This document shows positions 17,382 through 21,322 of a stretch of 21,322 nt of DNA, piece after piece. A model generated the notes under the pieces. That model saw only the letters and a program-made list of their open reading frames with translations. It was not told the origin of the DNA and ran no database searches. The translations under genes and the position numbers were made by a program. Within the stretch, counting starts at the first letter, position 1; each line of letters begins with the position of its first letter. The stretch spans positions 1 to 21,322 of the forward strand of contig DGGR01000002.1 in NCBI GenBank assembly GCA_002392285.1, in the 5' to 3' direction. The stretch comes from Verrucomicrobia bacterium UBA3869 (GTDB lineage Bacteria; Verrucomicrobiota; Verrucomicrobiia; Opitutales; UBA9783).

Positions 17382-17633
17382 ATGGAAAAAGACGTACGCC
17401 AAATAATAATTGATATTATCACTACGATTGCTCCTGATGCAGACACATCTAACTTAAAAGATGAAGTCCCATTGCGCGAGCAACTAGAATTAGACTCCAT
17501 GGACTTCCTAGATATTGTACTGGAACTTAGAAAACAATACGGAATTGATGTTCCAGAAAGCGATTACAAGCAACTCGAAACCTTAGCTTCTTGCGTTGCT
17601 TATTTAACACCCAAATTCGCCGCTAAGCATTAA
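17382..17633 (+). CDS. Acyl carrier protein, specialised (AcpXL-like) type
   Basis: 83 aa and acidic. The phosphopantetheine site is LELDSMDFLDIVLELRKQYGIDVP, with Ser39 at codon 17496-17498. The DSxDFLDIV form differs from the housekeeping AcpP motif (GADSLDTVELV). It starts 6 nt after the KAS stop. Confidence 0.8.
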   Translation: MEKDVRQIIIDIITTIAPDADTSNLKDEVPLREQLELDSMDFLDIVLELRKQYGIDVPESDYKQLETLASCVAYLTPKFAAKH

Positions 17634-18943
17634 TCTTTAAAATCTTCTTCAGCTGCTTGCATGAGCGCTTGCAGCTGTTCTGCACACTCTTGTTGAGTGC
17701 TGCTTTCCACCAAAAAACGCAATTTGTTCTCTGTACCCGAATAACGGATATGGATGCGTTTTGCCGATGTTAAGCGTTCACGCAGCTTGTTTAAATGGTC
17801 CAATTGCTCTAACGGAAGCTTTTGCTTAACCGGCAAAGAAGCTTCTGCCTTAGGACACAAATGGATTTGCTGCGCGCGTTGATGTAAAGGTTGCTGCTGA
17901 GCTAAGGTTAATAAACGCAACAGCACCCGCAAACCATCCCCTGTTGGGGCTTCATCTTTCAAAATAATATGGCCTGACGATTCGCCGCCCAAATTTCCAC
18001 CCACCGATTCCAGTGCATAAAACACCTCTCGGTCGCCAATCCCACAGCAAATACTTTTAATTCCCAACGGACGCAAAGAATCGCTCAACCCTGAATTACT
18101 TTGTTCGGTACAAACAAGGCAGTTGTTTTTCAGCTGATGATGGGTATAAGCCTCGATTGCCAATAATCCCAGTACGCAATCGCCATCCAACAATGCCCCT
18201 TGTTCATCAATCACCCGCAAGCGATCCCCATCGCCGTCCTGAGCAAATCCGAGCCAGGCTTTTGAATCCACTACCGCTTGACGTAATCCCTCTACATGTT
18301 CACTGCCACAATGCTCGTTAATATTACGCCCATTGGGTTCATTGCCCAATGAAACAACCTCTAACCCTAAATAACGCAACAAAGGCAAGGTGGTAAAAAC
18401 AGTCGCACCATTGGCGGTATCCAACACAATTTTACGCCCTGCAAAGGTATTGGGCGCTAATCGCTGCTTCCAATAAGCCAAGACGTACTCACTCCCTACT
18501 ATTTTTTCAATAGCCGAGCAACGGGTATTTTGAAAACTTAAGCCTTCCGCTAACTGCTCAATGGCTTGCTCGGATGTACGCGGTAACTTAGCACCATTCG
18601 AACCAAACAACTTAAAACCATTGTCGGTATAAGGATTATGGGAAGCAGTAATCGCTACCCCTAGCGCCATTTTTTCATGCTCTACATAAAGCGAAATCCC
18701 GGGAGTTGGCGTTATACCTAAAAAAATAATACGCGCTTCTGCACCCAGTCCATCCGCAAATGCTTGCGCTAACACTGAACCTGATTCACGTGTATCCCAA
18801 CCGACAGCCACTACCAAGGGCAACCCTTGGTTGATTAACCAAAGTCGGCACGCTTGACCTAAAAGATTGAACCCTTCTGGGGTAATTGGAAACTGCCCTA
18901 CTTGGCCGCGAACCCCATCAGTTCCGAACGCAATGCGATTCAT
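17630..18943 (-). CDS. glmM: Phosphoglucosamine mutase
   Basis: 437 aa. It has the N-terminal FGTDGVRG, the phosphoserine loop GVAITASHNPYTDNGFK, the Mg site FAQDGDGDR, and GGESSGH. Specificity for GlcN over other hexoses is inferred from the loop sequence and protein length. Confidence 0.8.
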   Translation of the reverse strand: MNRIAFGTDGVRGQVGQFPITPEGFNLLGQACRLWLINQGLPLVVAVGWDTRESGSVLAQAFADGLGAEARIIFLGITPTPGISLYVEHEKMALGVAITASHNPYTDNGFKLFGSNGAKLPRTSEQAIEQLAEGLSFQNTRCSAIEKIVGSEYVLAYWKQRLAPNTFAGRKIVLDTANGATVFTTLPLLRYLGLEVVSLGNEPNGRNINEHCGSEHVEGLRQAVVDSKAWLGFAQDGDGDRLRVIDEQGALLDGDCVLGLLAIEAYTHHQLKNNCLVCTEQSNSGLSDSLRPLGIKSICCGIGDREVFYALESVGGNLGGESSGHIILKDEAPTGDGLRVLLRLLTLAQQQPLHQRAQQIHLCPKAEASLPVKQKLPLEQLDHLNKLRERLTSAKRIHIRYSGTENKLRFLVESSTQQECAEQLQALMQAAEEDFKD

Positions 18944-19908
18944 GCTTGTTCTTTAAAAACACCCATTGAGCGGAACTTAGCAAAACGTTGCGCCAATAAG
19001 GTAGCGGTTGATAACCGCTTCAACGCCTTTAATTCGTGATCAATCACGGCTTTAATCGATTGCGCACACGCTTGTACATCGGTATGAGCGCCCCCTAAGG
19101 GTTCTTCAATAATCCCATCAATCACTCCAAGCCGTTTCAAATCAGATGCGGACAACTTTAAGGCTTCAGCAGCCTCTGGCGTCTTAGTAACATCTTTCCA
19201 CAAAATCGAAGCACACCCTTCAGGAGAAATGACGGAATAATAGGCATTTTCCAATACAAATACGCGATCCGCTACTCCAATACCTAAAGCACCCCCTGAT
19301 CCGCCTTCGCCAATAACAACAGCAACAATGGGTACCTTGATTTGTATCATCTCCCGCAAATTAACCGCAATTGCTTCGGCTATCTGCCGTTCTTCTGCTT
19401 CAATTCCCGGGAAAGCCCCAGGAGTATCAATAAAAGCAACAATCGGAAGCGAAAACCGTTCCGCCAACTGCATAAGCCGCAACGCCTTGCGATAACCTTC
19501 TGGATTAGGACAGCCAAAGTTACGATAAATATTTTCCTTCAGGGTACGCCCCTTTTGTTGCCCCAAAATCATCACTGGCTGCTTTTGGAAAAATCCCATG
19601 CCGCCAATTAAGGCAGGATCATCTCCAAAATGCCGATCACCATGCAACTCCTGAAAGTCATTAAATAATAGCTGAATATAATCCAAAGCATAAGGACGTT
19701 GCGGATGACGCGCCAACTTAACCCGTTGCCAAGGCGTTAAATGCGTATAAATACTCTTTTTGGTTTCCTCAATTTTACGTTCAATGGCCTGCAGTTCTGC
19801 ATCCATCGATGTACCACTTGTTTCCGACAATTGCTTTAACTGATCCAGTTGCGCTTTAAGGGCTACTAACGGTTGTTCAAAATCCAAGGTATAGCTTGCA
19901 GAATCCAT
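18940..19908 (-). CDS. accA: Acetyl-CoA carboxylase carboxyltransferase alpha subunit
   Basis: 322 aa with FIDTPGAFPGIEAEERQIAEAIA, VIGEGGSGGALGIG, SVISPEGCASILWKD and EPLGGAH. It overlaps the glmM start by 4 nt. Confidence 0.95.
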   Translation of the reverse strand: MDSASYTLDFEQPLVALKAQLDQLKQLSETSGTSMDAELQAIERKIEETKKSIYTHLTPWQRVKLARHPQRPYALDYIQLLFNDFQELHGDRHFGDDPALIGGMGFFQKQPVMILGQQKGRTLKENIYRNFGCPNPEGYRKALRLMQLAERFSLPIVAFIDTPGAFPGIEAEERQIAEAIAVNLREMIQIKVPIVAVVIGEGGSGGALGIGVADRVFVLENAYYSVISPEGCASILWKDVTKTPEAAEALKLSASDLKRLGVIDGIIEEPLGGAHTDVQACAQSIKAVIDHELKALKRLSTATLLAQRFAKFRSMGVFKEQA

Positions 19909-19930
19909 TTCACTAAAAAAAGATTACTCC

Positions 19931-19960
19931 AATAAAACAGGCTATTTTTCAACAAATAGC
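19931..19960 (-). terminator. Weak intrinsic-terminator-like hairpin after the GT2 gene
   Basis: On the minus strand, 4 nt past the stop, the sequence reads GCTATTT-gttgaa-AAATAGC (7-bp stem) followed by CTGTTTTATT. The stem is AT-rich, so termination may be partial. Confidence 0.3.
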
Positions 19961-19964
19961 AACC

Positions 19965-20990
19965 TTAATAACCCGATTTGCTCTTTGCAATCCGTTGCAC
20001 TTGGCGCATCAAAATACGCCCATCAGCTTTCGCCTTAATCCAACATTTATAAACCACACTGGTCGCACGCCTAAAACCACTTCCATCCAAGTTATAACAA
20101 GCGATTAAATCCAATAATTCATCAAAAATTTTCCGGTCGGTAGCACTTAAACCATCCTTTTGGCAACAAGACCGACAAAGACACTTCAACAGTTTCTGGT
20201 AATTCCAAAAAAACAGGCGCGTAAAGAAGCCTTTCTGTTCCGGGAATAACGCCGTACAGCGCAGATTAAAAAAGGTGAGTTTCAATAAGCGCGAAAAATC
20301 GCTCGCCCCTTGCCAAATACTACCTGAACGTATGCGATACACCGAGAATGTATCAGGGAATATGAACAACTTTCCTCGCTGCAAATGATGCAAAAAACGC
20401 ATGGTATCTCCGCGATATACCAATGTATCACTGGTTGTTTCCCCTTTAATATATTCTTCTGGAATACCATCCTTATAAACCACATTGCGCACCATCAAAG
20501 CTGATGTATGGACATACGGACAGGTTTCATTGAAATAATCCTCAATTGTATAAACCAAACACGTTTTGAAGCTTGGAATAACCCGATCTGCTAGCTTTCC
20601 GTTGCGCATCCGCACGGTATTCCCTCCACACAAAGTAAAATCTGGATGGGCATCCAAAAAATCAGCTTCTTTTTGCAAACAATGGGAATCCAGTAGGTAA
20701 TCATCCCCATCGATTAACAAAAAATAAGGCGTTTTGATACCTGCAAAAATCGTATTTAAGGTATGCAAATTGCCGTAATTTTGCGGCGAATATATGACTT
20801 TTACAGTCTCAGGATACTTCCGCTGATAGGCTTCCAAAATCTGATGGGTTTTATCCGTACTCGCATCGTCCACCACTAAAATATCGAAAGAAAAGTTAGT
20901 TTTTTGCGACAAAATGGAATCCAATGCTTGCGCTATATAGGATTCTACATTGTAAGACGTAACCCCAACGGTCAGCTTTTTGGTATCCAT
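19965..20990 (-). CDS. Family 2 glycosyltransferase (GT-A fold)
   Basis: 341 aa with VGVTSYNVESYIAQALDSILSQ, DILVVDDASTD, and the DxD motif in LLIDGDDYL. The C-terminal ~120 aa are Cys-rich and unassigned. Confidence 0.85.
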   Translation of the reverse strand: MDTKKLTVGVTSYNVESYIAQALDSILSQKTNFSFDILVVDDASTDKTHQILEAYQRKYPETVKVIYSPQNYGNLHTLNTIFAGIKTPYFLLIDGDDYLLDSHCLQKEADFLDAHPDFTLCGGNTVRMRNGKLADRVIPSFKTCLVYTIEDYFNETCPYVHTSALMVRNVVYKDGIPEEYIKGETTSDTLVYRGDTMRFLHHLQRGKLFIFPDTFSVYRIRSGSIWQGASDFSRLLKLTFFNLRCTALFPEQKGFFTRLFFWNYQKLLKCLCRSCCQKDGLSATDRKIFDELLDLIACYNLDGSGFRRATSVVYKCWIKAKADGRILMRQVQRIAKSKSGY

Positions 20991-21026
20991 CGTTTTAGTT
21001 AAGCTAAAACAATAAATAACGACAGG

Positions 21027-21322
21027 TCAATTTTCATGATTAAAGGTTACTGGCATTTCTGCAGCGATCAACTCATCGAAGGTATCGCGATGAGGATAGG
21101 AATCTAGGATCTTAAACGCACGCAGGTTTTCCAAACAACGTGCTTCATACGCATCGTAATTCTCTTGGGTCAACCGATGCCTATCATGCTCAATGCACCA
21201 CGCCATGTAACGATTGATATCGGGATGATAATGGTCCGAATCACAAGAATTCGCTAGATTATTAACAAAGGCGCAATCATGCCAACCGTAAATTTTAACA
21301 TTCGGGAGATCGGCACAGGTGG
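21027..21322 (-). CDS. 3' end of an unassigned CDS truncated by the window edge
   Basis: This ORF is not in the supplied track. My own translation of the minus strand, in frame from 21320, gives 97 codons with no stop: TCADLPNVKIYGWHDCAFVNNLANSCDSDHYHPDINRYMAWCIEHDRHRLTQENYDAYEARCLENLRAFKILDSYPHRDTFDELIAAEMPVTFNHEN. It ends at TGA (plus-strand tca 21027-21029), 36 nt upstream of the GT2 start. The SDHYHP segment could be a DxxH block of an SGNH-type hydrolase, but that is a guess. Confidence 0.5.
   Translation of the reverse strand, partial: TCADLPNVKIYGWHDCAFVNNLANSCDSDHYHPDINRYMAWCIEHDRHRLTQENYDAYEARCLENLRAFKILDSYPHRDTFDELIAAEMPVTFNHEN

Noticed and set aside
267-20485. 22 short (60-105 aa) ORFs in the track are nested in, or antisense to, the long genes. 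They are: 267-482, 2534-2752, 2665-2859, 3581-3763, 7117-7317, 7642-7824, 9002-9274, 9617-9805, 10468-10686, 10666-10905, 10958-11149, 11119-11382, 11915-12232, 14027-14233, 14522-14713, 14752-14973, 15327-15542, 16468-16665, 16485-16745, 17135-17344, 19342-19611 and 20282-20485.
   Set aside because: Each lies wholly or largely inside a much longer ORF with clear family motifs. Their translations are low-complexity or biased (Cys/Arg/His-rich), as expected for out-of-frame reading. None has a recognisable motif or its own intergenic space.
1-21322. CRISPR arrays, tandem or dispersed DNA repeats, rRNA genes, prophage or defence-system genes
   Set aside because: I saw none on reading both strands. 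Intergenic spacers are all 168 nt or shorter. Apart from the 575-aa orphan and the truncated right-edge ORF (21027-21322), every long ORF has a motif-based family call. A k-mer self-comparison was not computed and would be the decisive check for short dispersed repeats.

Overview
This 21.3 kb window is densely coding: 19 CDS (2 truncated by the window edges) and 1 tRNA. I saw no rRNA, CRISPR array, transposase, integrase or long DNA repeat. GC looks low-to-mid 40s % by eye (not computed).

Most of the window is core housekeeping:
- rpmI-rplT-pheS
- aspS-uppS-cdsA followed by tRNA-Arg(CCG)
- valS
- glmM and accA

An envelope and lipid theme runs through the rest: an AsmA-like protein, uppS, cdsA, a second KAS+ACP pair, glmM, accA and a GT2 glycosyltransferase.

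Several features suggest a PVC/Chlamydiae-like, T3SS-bearing lineage. These are a CesT-like type III secretion chaperone, pheS without an adjacent pheT, rpmI without infC upstream, and uppS-cdsA coupling. This is inference only.

I found no clear-cut novel system. The best leads, in order:
1. A translationally coupled operon at the left edge (GldG-like tail, DUF4340-like protein, AsmA-like protein) that may link an ABC-type machine to a lipid-bridge protein.
2. A 575-aa, Cys-rich orphan gene inverted between tRNA-Arg and valS.
3. A dedicated ketoacyl synthase plus AcpXL-like carrier protein pair.
4. A CdsA-family protein with substitutions at two normally invariant signature residues.
5. An orphan T3S chaperone whose upstream region contains an 8-2-8 palindrome inside overlapping divergent promoter-like boxes.

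All functional calls rest on motif recognition by eye. No database search was run.
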